Source: the human T2T-CHM13v2.0 reference genome, Homo sapiens
NCBI RefSeq assembly: GCF_009914755.1
Contig: NC_060937.1
Strand: one strand, 5' to 3'
DNA length: 64,000 nt
The notes beneath the pieces were generated by a model. It was given only the letters and a program-made list of their open reading frames with translations. It ran no database searches and was not told the origin of the DNA. A program made the position numbers and the translations under genes. Shown piece after piece: positions 30,921 through 42,204 of the stretch (positions within the stretch are counted from its first letter, which is position 1; each line of letters opens with the position of its first letter).

Positions 30921-32196
30921 TGAAACTTTTGTTCATTTCCTCCACTTTTTATAAGAAAATATTTCAAACATACAAAAAAATTGAAGTAATAAAACAATGA
31001 ACTTATATTTGTTGCATTCAACTGTTATAAATTTTCTTTCTCTCCCTGTGTATAAATACATATTTTTTTTGCTATACTATTTGAAGGTAAGTTTTAGATA
31101 TCCTAGCACTTTACCCTCGATACTAAGACTTCATTCACAAAGTGAGCTTATAACTATCTTCAAAGTGGTTGCTTTGGATTTTTTTTTATTGCTTTCCTGA
31201 AAATAGAGGAAAATTCTTTGCTCGAAGGTAGGACTCTTTTATCTTTGAAATCTGAGCTTTAGCAAAGTGTCTGGTACGTACCAAGTGAATCAATGAAAAG
31301 TTTGTTAAAAAGAAGACCTAGGTTAATAAGAGAGGATGTAAAAGTTATCCAAGAAAAGAAACTTGTTCCAGTTTAGACAGTAAGAAAAAGGGATACATTG
31401 AAAAGGCTAGTTGTATTTCCCAGAAAATTGTGGTGGAACATTTTACGTTGACAAGAAGCAAAGAGAAAACATTCAGGTAAATCCATGTGTACAAACATTT
31501 ATCCCATGTCATGCAATATGTTTTTCCCTAGCTAGGTGATAACCCTCCCTACCTGGGGTAGTAATTCTGTCTTCTCTCTGTGTATCTAGCCAATTATGTG
31601 GTTCCTGGTACAGTGGAATGAATGAATCAATGAATCCATTCCAATATAATGTTTATAGTAAAAATAATTTCCACTTATTACTACTGTTCCTGCTACTGAA
31701 GCCAGTTCTACAGATAAAATTACTGTTACTGAAACTGTTACTATCATGGAGATCTCTATGGGGAAAGTAGAGCCAAGTGAGGGAATATTATTCCCACCTT
31801 ACAGTTCAGAAAGATTTGAAGGGAATTAGTTCAAACTTGAATGTAGATATTCTATCTGCAAGTCTAGTGTTTCCTTTATGCCATTCCTTTTGATCTAGTG
31901 TTTCTTGAGCTTTCACTTTGTGCCAGCCACTCTTCTGCAGGTAAAGTAGCCATGAAACTAACAGCAGAAACAGCAAAACAGCATGTTTGCAGAACTGCTA
32001 ACTTTACTAATACCTGACATTCTGAAAAGAACATGACAGGTATTAGCTGCTTTTTAAACTCAATCCATTATAATTATGCACATGTTAACTGAATACTAAA
32101 ATATACTTTTAGGTGAATATATACTTAGATATTTATAGGTATCACTTCTAAAATAGCATTATTTATAAAATGTATTTTATATGGATATACATAAAT

Positions 32197-32223
32197 ACAC
32201 ACACACACACACACACACACACA
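32197..32223. repeat. (AC)n microsatellite
   Basis: About 13 AC units. Confidence 0.9.
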
Positions 32224-32849
32224 AATATATATGTATCTGTATATACTGTAGGGACTTCTGCCTAATTCTGCATCCATGACTAAGGAAGCAGGAGGTAAGG
32301 AGTTAATGGACTAAGGCAGGCCTGAAATTCCTTAGGGTTGCACATGAGAGATGAAGGCGAGGGAGGAGCTAAGTGATTGCCTTGAATGTCAGCTGGAGTC
32401 GGGTTCTGAATTTTGTGGCCACTGGCTGCCCAGTGTATGAGTTAATTGTCCCAAAATATAGACCTTGGTTGTTTGCATACTTTTTGCCTCAATGCATCAG
32501 CTTCCGGGGCATGCTCATATTGAGGCATATAAAAAATGTCTGGAGATGGCACATGACTGGCTTTCCCAGAAAAGCTTTTATTGCTTTTATTCAACTCCCG
32601 AGTCAGTTTCTGTTTATATATTATCTTTCCTTCGAAGAGCTTTCTGCAAATGCACTAACTGCTACTAATCCACTCAGACTTTTGAAATGATTTTCAAGTT
32701 TTTAAAGAAAAGCAAACATTGCTAATATCAGGATGAATCTCTTGTGTGACAAATAGGTGTTCACTGGTGATGATCTGGTATGTTTGGTTCAACATATTCT
32801 CCTGAAGACAGAGGATTTGTCCAGTTCTTAAGTCTTTATACTAATTCTT

Positions 32850-33316
32850 TAAAAAAAATTTAATTTTACTTTAAGTTCCAGGATACATGTGAAGGACATG
32901 CAGGTTTGTTTCATAGGTAAACGTGTGCTGTGGTGATTTGCTGCACTCATCAACCCATCACCCAGGTATTAAACCTTACATTCATTAGCTATTTATCATG
33001 ATGTTCACCCTCCCCTGCCCATCTGACAGGCCCCAGTGTGTGTTGTTCCCCTCCCAGTGTTCTTGTGTCCTCATCATTCAGCTCTCACTTACAAGTGAGA
33101 ACATGCAGTGTTTGGTTTTCGGTTCCTGCATTGGTTTGCTGAGGATAATGGCTTCCAGCTCCATCCATGTCCCTGCTAAGGACATGATCTCATTCCTTTT
33201 TTATGGCTGCATAGTATTCCATGGTGTGTATGTACCACATTTTTTTTTTTATCCAGTCTGTCATCGATGGGCATTTAGGTTGATTCCATGTCTTTGGTAT
33301 TGTGAATAGTGCTGTA
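32850..33316 (-). mobile_element. 5'-truncated L1PA (middle-aged, about PA8-PA13) 3' end
   Basis: Antisense L1PA 3'UTR and ORF2 end; 13-bp TSD tatactaattctt (32837 and 33317) followed by aa (endonuclease site TCTT/AA). Confidence 0.93.
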
Positions 33317-33479
33317 TATACTAATTCTTAAGCAACAATTTTTATCCCTCTGGTATTCAGTAATAATTTATCTGATGTTTATGATGCTTATCGTCATCAT
33401 CATCCATAAATCTATTACACAGGAGCAATGGAATACATTTTAAATATCAGGTATCAAGTATAGAAACATGATGCAACTA

Positions 33480-33810
33480 CCAAAAATCAACTGCAAATTG
33501 ACATTTTTCTTTTATGTAACATTCAGCCTTTTTGTAATAACTATATGATCTCCAGTTTCTCTGCATTGTAAGATGTGTTTCTGGCAAAAACATTGTGAAT
33601 AATATAAATGCAATCTTTAAAAATAACTTGGTAATGTCTATAATCCTTTGTATTCGAGGCTTCAGACTTGTTAGGGGAATACAAAATACGGCTGTAGCAA
33701 GAAGTGCATTCTTAATGGCATCCTTAAACTCAAGTTCAGACCTTAAAGGTATTAACATAGAAATGGCACGGGCACTTTAGATATTGGACAAACAAACCAA
33801 GTGTTAAAAA
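33480..33810 (-). mobile_element. Possible Charlie-type hAT transposase C-terminal relic
   Basis: Minus frame reads SARAISMLIP...AIKN...LTSLKPRIQRII, resembling the hAT dimerisation-domain pattern (YPxLSxRAxxxLxPF...LxLxLSSIxPxIxxL). Similarity judged by eye. Confidence 0.4.
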
Positions 33811-34269
33811 AAAAAATCAGAAAAGAGTGAGGAAACAAGACAAATGGAGAAATTTTTATTTAGATATTATTCATGTAGGGACCTTTGGATCTCATGGAAG
33901 GTAAGAGTAATTGCATACCCTTTGTAGGCTGAATCAAGTGGCCACATGGTGAAAAGTGGCTTCTTGATAGATGGAGCCAGACCAGAACACATGCACATCT
34001 ATCTGCTACATTTTATAACCATCTATTCTGTGAAAGGCAGTTAAAATGGAAACTGGACTCAGACCAAAGTCTTGATCCTCATTGAATGCAGGTGAGAGAA
34101 GAGAAGACCAGGGAATGAAGGAGAAAAAATAATAAACAAATCATTTTTATTTAGTTTTTAAATGTTTAAGGTATAAGTTGGGAGCTGACAGGCTGGAAAT
34201 ATGGGTCTTAAATAAAGGAGAACTTTTAATGATGTTGTATTACTACTTTTAAAAACACTTTCAGACTCT

Positions 34270-34478
34270 TTCACACCCTAGTGTTGATGGCAGAAAGCTT
34301 AAGTTTGAATATTTGCCCTGCCACTTAATAGCTCTGTGATACTGGGTGATTTTATGAACCCTAGATTTCTTATCTAAAATATGGGGTTATTGACATCTAT
34401 CATAGGGTTGTTTTGAAGGTTAATATATATACAAAAAAGTCTGCTACAATGACTAATACTGGCCAGGCACATAATACT
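34270..34478 (+). mobile_element. MIR SINE
   Basis: ctgccacttaatagctctgtgatactggg...tttcttatctaaaatatgggg...catagggttgttttgaaggttaa. Confidence 0.75.
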
Positions 34479-34479
34479 G

Positions 34480-35193
34480 GCATCTTAGTTTGTTTTGTGC
34501 TGATATTACAGAATAACAGGCACTAGGTAATTTATAAAGAAAATAAATTCATTTCTCACAGTTCTGGAGGCTGGGAAGTCCAAGATTGAGGGGCTAGTCA
34601 GCATCTGGTGAGGGCCTTCTTGCTGTGTCGTAACATGGAAAAAGCCATCACAGGGGTGAGGGAGGGTGAGAGAAGGTGAGAGAGGTCAAGAGGGGGTTGA
34701 ACCTACTTTTGTTTATTTTTCGTTATTTTATTTTTTTGAGTCTGAGTCACTCTGTCACCCAGGCTGGAGTGCAATGGCGTGATCTAGGCTCACTGCAACC
34801 TCCGCCTCCTGGGTTCAAGTGATTCTCTTGCCTCAGCCTCCCGAGTAGCTGGGATTACAGTCGTGCACCACCATGCCCGGCTAATTTTTATATTTTTAGT
34901 AGAGATGGGGTTTCACTAGGCTGGTCTCAAACTCCTGACCTCAAGTGATCTGCCTGCCTCAGCCTCCAAAAGTGCCAGGATTACAGGTGTGATTCACCTT
35001 GCACAGTCTGAACCTGCTTTTAGAACAAACCTACTCTTGTGGTAAAAAACCCCACTGTGTGGTAGTAACATTAATTCATTCTAAGGGCAGATCCCTTGTG
35101 ATGTAGTCTCCTCTTAACATTCCTACCTCTCAACACTGTTGCATTGGGGATTAAGTTTCTAGCATGTGAACTTTGGGGGACACAATCATAGCA
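34480..35193 (-). mobile_element. MST/MLT1A-type MaLR LTR split by an Alu
   Basis: ggtaatttataaagaaaataaattcatttctcacagttctggaggctgggaagtccaagat...gcattggggattaagtttc...aatcatagca. Confidence 0.88.
34711..35009 (-). mobile_element. AluS element
   Basis: Antisense dimer; TSD gaacct(a/g)ctttt (34699 and 35010). Confidence 0.95.
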
Positions 35194-35610
35194 AATGATA
35201 ATTTTGTGTTAAATTCAAATTTCTTTCGTGTGTTTTGTCTCTTATAGTATGAGCACCCTCCTGTCAAAATCACAGCCCTGCCAGGTACATGGCTGGAAGG
35301 GGAGGTGATGTTTAACAGAAGCTCGTGGCAGCCCTCCCTCTGGTCATTTCCTTCACTCCCTAGGTGCTGTTCTCTGGGCACAGCTGCCAATGGAGTCCCA
35401 GGGTGGCCACAACAGCGCTGTCTGTGCCCAGGGCAGTGTTCCAGCTGCTCACAGTGCTGCATGCCTTGATTACTCTGTGAATCACAGCCACACTGGTTCC
35501 ACATGGAAGGGCTCCATGCTCCCTCCCTCACTCTGAGTCTCCTTCTTCTAATGTGGCACCCAAGCAGTGCCAGTCACATTGCTGCTAAGAAGCTAAGATT
35601 CTATATACAA

Positions 35611-36404
35611 ACAAACCTTTCTATTATCTGTGACTCATTTGGGCAACTTTAGTATTTTCACTTCCTTTTTCAATCCAGAGGGGCCGTGCTTGGCACACTA
35701 GAGCCCTGCTCCAGGAGTGATACTGCGGTAGACATTTTTGTACATATATTTACCTTCAAAACAACTCTACGACAGATATCAACCCCGTATCTTAAGAAAT
35801 CTGGATTTTATAAAACCATTCAATGTCACAGAGGTAGTAAGTGGCAGAGTGACTTTCCTTAGGGTTCAGTGGTGAGTCTCTGGGCTCTCGCAGAAAACAC
35901 ACACCTCCCTGTCTCCCACATTTATTTCCTTCCCCTAGTTACCAAGGGGAAAACGTGTTCTCATAGATCCCTTCCCAAACGAAATCAGGTCATGAGAAAA
36001 GATAACTCTTAGGCCCCCTGCCTGCTAACAGCTTGAAACTCAGGATGGAAGCAACCCACGAGCAGAGCTCTGTATGGGTGCAGGCCTCATTCTCTATCAT
36101 AACACCTTACTTTCTTCATTGGTTTCTCTTTAATCCAAAATAACCTTGTTTATCCATTTAATTGTTTATTTTCTATTTCTGCACCTAGACTATAAATCCC
36201 CTGATGGCAACATCATGTTTTTATTCCTCTGCTATTATACTCCTAATACCAAGTCTCTGATACATAGAAATTGAATAAACAGAGGAACAAATCTTTTCTA
36301 TTAACCGTGCCTCATTTGGTCAGCTTACTTTAATATTTTCACTTCCTTTTTCAATCCAGAGGGGCCATGCTTTTGTCACACCACAGCCCTGCCCCAGGAC
36401 TGAT
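35611..36404. repeat. Dispersed ~110-bp direct repeat (35611-35721 and 36287-36404)
   Basis: 33-nt identical core tattttcacttcctttttcaatccagaggggcc with alignable flanks on both sides. Confidence 0.9.
35631..36385. promoter_or_regulatory. Candidate enhancer motif cluster: two ETS-IRF composite sites, AP-1 and RUNX
   Basis: Minus-strand AAAAAGGAAGTGAAA (core GGAAGTGAAA at 35656-35665 and 36337-36346), TGACTCA at 35631-35637, ACCACA at 36380-36385. Motif matches only; no functional evidence. Confidence 0.3.
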
Positions 36405-36696
36405 TAATCTCTCATCTGTGCTCCTATTTCAACCTGTAAATGTCGCATGCATGCCCAGAGCTCTGTGGGAGTGTGTGGGGACTGAGATTGAGCTGGCTGA
36501 TTGTGATGCGACACCCCAGTGTTCCCTAAGAGGCTCTTCCTTTCTGTGGACAGAGTTGCTAGGGATGCTTCAGTGGCTCTTCTCATCTTGGCAAGGGAAT
36601 GGATTTAGCTCTTTCCTGGGTCAATGCTAGCTCCAATCTCCATGTTTGTATTAAAAGGTTAATTGCTTTACACCTACACATTCCCAGCCTGGCTTT

Positions 36697-36699
<3 letters not shown>

Positions 36700-36751
<52 letters not shown>

Positions 36752-36844
36752 CACGGCACCCCATCTATATATTTTAAGTAAAGAATTTAATCAATTTACA
36801 TTCAAGGTTATTACTGATATGTGAAGTTTTCTTCCTGTCATATT

Positions 36845-36885
<41 letters not shown>

Positions 36886-38143
36886 TATACTCTAAGTTTT
36901 AGGGTACATGTGCACATTGTGCAGGTTAGTTACATATGTATACATGTGCCATGCTGGTGCGCTGCACCCACTAATGTGTCATCTAGCATTAGGTATATCT
37001 CCCAATGCTATCCCTCCCCCCTCCCCCGACCCCACCACAGTCCCCAGAGTGTGATATTCCCCTTCCTGGGTCCATGTGATCTCATTGTTCAATTCCCACC
37101 TATGAGTGAGAATATGCGTTGTTTGGTTTTTTGTTCTTGCGATAGTTTACTGAGAATGATGGTTTCCAATTTCATCCATGTCCCTACAAAGGATATGAAC
37201 TCATCATTTTTTATGGCTGCATAGTATTCCATGGTGTATATGTGCCACATTTTCTTAATCCAGTCTATCATTGTTGGACATTTGGGTTGGTTCCAAGTCT
37301 TTGCTATTGTGAATAGTGCCGCAATAAACATACGTGTGCATGTGTCTTTATAGCAGCATGATTTATACTCATTTGGGTATATACCCAGTAATGGGATGGC
37401 TGGGTCAAATGGTATTTCTAGTTCTAGATCCCTGAGGAATCGCCACACTGACTTCCACAATGGTTGAACTAGTTTACAGTCCCACCAACAGTGTAAAAGT
37501 GTTCCTATTTCTCCGCATCCTCTCCAGCACCTGTTGTTTCCTGACTTTTTAATGATTGCCATTCTAACTGGTGTGAGATGATATCTCATAGTGGTTTTGA
37601 TTTGCATTTCTCTGATGGCCAGTGATGATGAGCATTTCTTCATGTGTTTTTTGGCTGCATAAATGTCTTCTTTTGAGAAGTGTCTGTTCATGTCCTTCGC
37701 CCACTTTTTGATGGGGTTGTTTGTTTTTTTCTTGTAAATTTGTTTGAGTTCATTGTAGATTCTGGATATTAGCCCTTTGTCAGATGAGTAGGTTGCAAAA
37801 ATTTTCTCCCATGTTGTAGGTTGCCTGTTCACTCTGATGGTAGTTTCTTTTGCTGTGCAGAAGCTCTTTAGTTTAATTAGATCCCATTTGTCAATTTTGT
37901 CTTTTGTTGCCATTGCTTTTGGTGTTTTGGACATGAAGTCCTTGCCCACGCCTATGTCCTGAATGGTAATGCCTAGGTTTTCTTCTAGGGTTTTTATGGT
38001 TTTAGGTTTAACGTTTAAATCTTTAATCCATCTTGAATTGATTTTTGTATAAGGTGTAAGGAAGGGATCCAGTTTCAGCTTTCTACATATGGCTAGCCAG
38101 TTTTCCCAGCACCATTTATTAAATAGGGAATCCTTTCCCCATT
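36700..38143 (-). mobile_element. L1HS Ta-1, 5'-truncated (1260-nt body at 36884-38143) with a 94-nt 3' transduction
   Basis: Ta-diagnostic ACA (tgt at 36975-36977), AAAACTTAGAGTATAAT 3' end, Ta-1 T/G pair (37371 and 37368, YPNEY). Poly(A) at 36846-36883, transduced segment at 36752-36845, second poly(A) at 36700-36751. Perfect 16-bp TSD ccagcctggcttttct (36684-36699 and 38144-38159). Confidence 0.98.
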
Positions 38144-38264
38144 CCAGCCTGGCTTTTCTAAGGAAGAAAAACAGCCACAACCAGAGCCGCGTTTCTACTC
38201 TAATATAATTCGCTGCATCAAGTACACAGAATCTCTTTATTGGAGGCCAAATGCACATTCCCAT
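37089..38264 (-). CDS. Uninterrupted C-terminal ~350 aa of L1 ORF2p (including the CCHC knuckle), in frame with ~40 flank-derived codons; expression unsupported
   Basis: ORF track: [15 protein letters not shown]...[18 protein letters not shown]...RIFSLIGGN*. Lacks the EN and RT domains. Confidence 0.45.
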   Translation of the reverse strand: MGMCIWPPIKRFCVLDAANYIRVETRLWLWLFFFLRKARLEWGKDSLFNKWCWENWLAICRKLKLDPFLTPYTKINSRWIKDLNVKPKTIKTLEENLGITIQDIGVGKDFMSKTPKAMATKDKIDKWDLIKLKSFCTAKETTIRVNRQPTTWEKIFATYSSDKGLISRIYNELKQIYKKKTNNPIKKWAKDMNRHFSKEDIYAAKKHMKKCSSSLAIREMQIKTTMRYHLTPVRMAIIKKSGNNRCWRGCGEIGTLLHCWWDCKLVQPLWKSVWRFLRDLELEIPFDPAIPLLGIYPNEYKSCCYKDTCTRMFIAALFTIAKTWNQPKCPTMIDWIKKMWHIYTMEYYAAIKNDEFISFVGTWMKLETIILSKLSQEQKTKQRIFSLIGGN

Positions 38265-39029
38265 TTGAGAGGCGGTTGCTGCTGGCTGGCTGGATAACTG
38301 CTCGTTCTGAAACCCTTGAAGACATTGCTTGGTCTTTCTATTTGCTGTGGGCTGGTGGAGAATGGTTTCTTATTTTCTAAGGGCAGCCTTTAATGAGCAC
38401 CCAGTGGCTTTTTGATGTTGCCCTCCCACAGACTGTGGGTAGAGGCAGTGCTAGGAATCATACATTTTCATTTGTGGAAGTATTTTGTATTGAACCTTGT
38501 CAAAAATAACACTGCCTTTGGGAGGCAGAAAATCCAATTTGATAGCTATGTTTCTGCTTTTTTTTTTTCTCTTAGATACATTCTATCTGTTAGGGTAGTT
38601 AGGGTATAGTCTTTGGACCTCAGCTATTTTTCACCTGGAAAGTAATTTAGGATAGAGCCCTGTGCTGTTGTTAGTGATGACTTGGATAACTATATTTGCA
38701 AGCAGTTCTCTCCTAAACCCAAATTAATATACCTGTAAAGAGTGGGGAGAAGAAAGGAGTAAAGTGATTTGTCCCTATGCTTTCCCTGGGAACTCTCCAT
38801 ATGCATAAGGTACTCAGGAATGCTAATTTCATGAGGATTCTCCTCTCCCAACTGCTTTCTTCCACTAAACATCCTGTGAGAAAGCAAAAGAGGAATTTTG
38901 GGGCTGACAGTGGGAGGCTTCTGGGACCTGAAATGACTCCTTTCTAAATGGAGAAGAGTGTAGGATGGGGATTGTTTTCCCAGAAAGACAAAGATCTCAT
39001 CCTAAGTTTGCAAATAGTCTTTCATATGA

Positions 39030-39200
39030 TTTATTCATTCATTTATTCAACATGTATCTACTGTGTTTCAGGCAGGGCTATAAATAATAACACCTGGATC
39101 TTGACTTCAACATCTTAAAGTGTAGTGGGAGGTAGAGACATACAAATGAACAAATACAATAAAGCATGAGAAGGACTGAAATTTAGGCATGTACAGACAC
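39030..39200 (-). mobile_element. L2 3' fragment
   Basis: ttattcattcatttattcaacatgtatctactgtgtttcaggca. Confidence 0.65.
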
Positions 39201-39402
39201 AATGTCAGCTTGGGGGCAGTGTTTCTTAATCTATTTTCCCCATTACCACCCTCTATATGAGCCTTTTAAGACTCTTTCCCCCAATCATCCCCCTTCTTTA
39301 AATTTATTACCACATGTATACTGTATATTTATGTTCTAGTAGGTCTATTTGTGTTTTACTGCAAAAAAGAGTAAGATTTTTGTCCCCCTAAACTTTGGAG
39401 GC

Positions 39403-39766
39403 TGTTATGGACTGAATATTTGTGTTCCTCCCACACAAATTCATATGTTGAAATCCTAACCCTCAATGTGATAATACTAGGATGTGTGGGGCCTTTGGGA
39501 GGTAATTAGGTCAGGAAGGAGGAACTCCCATAATGGGAATCGTACTCTTATAAGAAGAGACATGAGAGCTGGCTCTTGCTCTTTCTTGTCTCTGCTTTGT
39601 GAAGATACAAGAAAATGGCATTGCCTGCAAACCAGGAAGTGTGCCCCTACTAGACACCAGATCTCCTGCGGCCTTGATCTTGGACTTCTCTACTTCCAGA
39701 ATGATGAGAAATAAATTTATCTTGTTTATAATCTATCCAGTTATAGCAGGCAAACTGACTAATACA
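39403..39766 (+). mobile_element. MLT1A/MSTD-type MaLR solo LTR
   Basis: tgttatggactgaat...ttgatcttggacttc...gactaataca; near-perfect TSD gagg(c/t). Confidence 0.88.
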
Positions 39767-39954
39767 GAGGTGCTGTCACCTCCATTAAAAATGTATCACC
39801 TAAAGGAAGAAAGTCTTTCTCACTCAGGAGAGTCCAGTAGGACCTAGTAGAAGAGAGAGTATTAAAGGATGAGTAGGCAACCACTCAGGGAGAAAAAATG
39901 AATAGTTGCATAAGAATAGGGAATAACATGTGCAAAAGTTCAAGGGTATGAAGG

Positions 39955-40888
39955 TGTTGGGGCTCAGAGTACAATATCCAAAAATGAAGGCCTTAGAAGC
40001 AGCCTCAGAAGCAAAAGTTTCTCCTTGACCTTTTACTTCCCTCCTGTCTCTCAGTCCCATTCTTCCCCAAGGTTTGTCATAGAAACTAGAATCCCTCTTC
40101 TCCAAGGCAGGTCATAGAAGGAAGAACCCCTAGCCAGGCACGGTGGCTCATACCTGTAATCCCAGCACTTTGGGAGGCCGAGGTAGGCGGACCACGAGGT
40201 CAGAAGTTTGATACCAGCCTGACCAACATGGTGAAACCCCGTCTCTACTAAAAATACAAAAATTAGCCAGGTGTGATGGCATGTGCCTGTAATCCCAGCT
40301 ACTCAGGAGCCTGAGGCAGGAGAATTGCTTGAACCCGGGAAGTGGAGGTTGCAGTGAGCCAAGATCACCACTGCATTCCAGTCTGGGTGACAGAGCGAGA
40401 CTCTGTCTCAAAAAAGAACCCTTTTGCCCTAAAGCCAGCCATAAAACCTAAATATATTACTCTAATTTTCCCTCTGCCTTTCGGTATAAAAATTGGTCAT
40501 AAATTTTCTGACCTACCTTGTTTGTAGGTCATAAGACACCCACTTCAGAAAGGGACCTGCGTCCACACAAAAGGAAGGAATATGTGCTCAAAGAGGCCAA
40601 GAAGACTCTAGAGAGACAAGTCTTGCTGGGTTTCCCAGCTCAGTCTATTAACATTAGATTGTACCCTTTTTTCCCAATCATATTTCTACATGGCTGTCCA
40701 TACGTTGTTGAACCTCAGCAAAAAAATGGATAACTTCCCCTGAATTTTCAGGTCTTTGTTCTGAAGGCTTCTGTTTATACACATTAAATACATTCATATG
40801 CCTTTTCTATAATTTATCCACCTTTGTGAGTTGATTTTTCAGCAAACCTTCAGAGGACCAAGGGGAAAGCTCTCCCATGGGCCCTAGA
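39955..40888 (+). mobile_element. ERV1 solo LTR (MER39/MER31-like) split by an Alu
   Basis: Starts tgttggggctcaga...aaaatgaaggccttagaagcagcctcagaagcaaaag; 4-bp TSD aagg (39951 and 40889). Confidence 0.85.
40132..40413 (+). mobile_element. AluS element
   Basis: Dimer with a very short tail; TSD core aagaaccc. Confidence 0.95.
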
Positions 40889-41461
40889 AAGGGGACAGTT
40901 TAGCATATAGCATGCACAGGTAGAAATAAACCTCATTAGGCTGAGTTCTGTTCAAGGTGCTGCTTACCTGGTTTGCCTATCAAATGCACCAACGTATTGA
41001 TTCTAATGGGCAAGTTCTACCTAGTTCAAATAGGTATCTATGAAAATTTGAAAAGATTCTTACTCATATGACTTTATTGGCACAACAAAGAATTTGTCAG
41101 TAATGTTTGAGTTCAGAATCTGTAATAAAAATGTTTATTATATAAAAACCTATAAAAGGTGTGCAGTAGAACCTGGTCTTAAGCACCATTTTATCTTCAC
41201 TTAGTAACTGGAGCAAACTCATAATTTGTGCTGTAAGGGTTGAATTAAGAGAAGTATGAGTTTGGGGTTAAACTGAATTAGTGTTCAAATTCTGAATCTA
41301 TTGATTAATTGAATGGCTTTGACTAAACACATCCCTCAATTTCCCCATCTGTGAAACAGGGAAGAATATCTATATCATGGGTATACTGTAAAGATTCACT
41401 CACCCATCCTTTAAAAATATACCTGGGAGAGGATAGTCCAGAAGGCACTCCATTTACCAAA

Positions 41462-42204
41462 TTTTATGGACTGAAGGTGTCCCCACAAAGCTCATAAGTT
41501 AAAACTCTATCCCAATGCGATGGTAGTTAGAGGTAGGGCCTTTGGGAGGTGCTGTCGTTTGAATATCCCCTCCAAAACTTATGTTGAAATTTAATTGCAT
41601 TGTGATAATATCAAAAAGTGGGACCATTATGAGGTGATTAGACCATGAGGGCTGTTCTCATTGATGGATTATATCTCATTATTGCAGGAGTGGGTTAGAT
41701 ATCGCCAGAGTGGGTTGTTATAAAAGCGAATTTGGCACTCTCTTGCCCTCTTGCTCTCAGGCACGCTCTCTTTCCCTTCCACCTGATGCCATGGGATGAT
41801 GCAGCAAGAAGGCCCTGGCCAGATGTTGGCACCTTGATGTTGGGCTTCTCAGCCTCCAGATCTGTGAGAAATAAATTTTATTTCCTTATAAATTAGCTGG
41901 TATGTGGTGTTCTGTTAAACAACACAACATGGACTAAGAAGGTAATTAGGTTATGAGGATGAAGCTATCATGAATGGGATTAGTGCTCTTAAAAGAGGCC
42001 AGAGAGCAAACTAGCTCTGTTTCTGCCATGTGAGGACACAAAGAGAAGCCAGCTGCCTGCAGCTGGGAAGAGGGCCCTCACAAGAACCTGACCATGCTGG
42101 CACCGTGATCTAAACTTCCAACTTCCAGAACTGTGCAAAATAAATGTTTGTTGTTTAAACCACACAATCTATGGTAATTTGTTTTAGCAGCCTGAACTAA
42201 GACA
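41462..42204 (+). mobile_element. MLT1A/MSTD-type MaLR LTR containing a nested MST LTR
   Basis: Outer element: ttatggactgaa...gcctttgggagg|taattagg...gcagcctgaactaagaca. Confidence 0.85.
41550..41940 (+). mobile_element. MSTB/MSTC-like LTR nested in the LTR above
   Basis: tgctgtcgtttgaatatcccctccaaaacttatgttgaaatttaattg...aacacaacatggactaaga. Confidence 0.85.

Noticed and set aside
35673-35688. CTCF-like ccagaggggcc in the duplicated module
   Set aside because: Spacing and the 5' half do not fit the CCASYAGRKGGC consensus.
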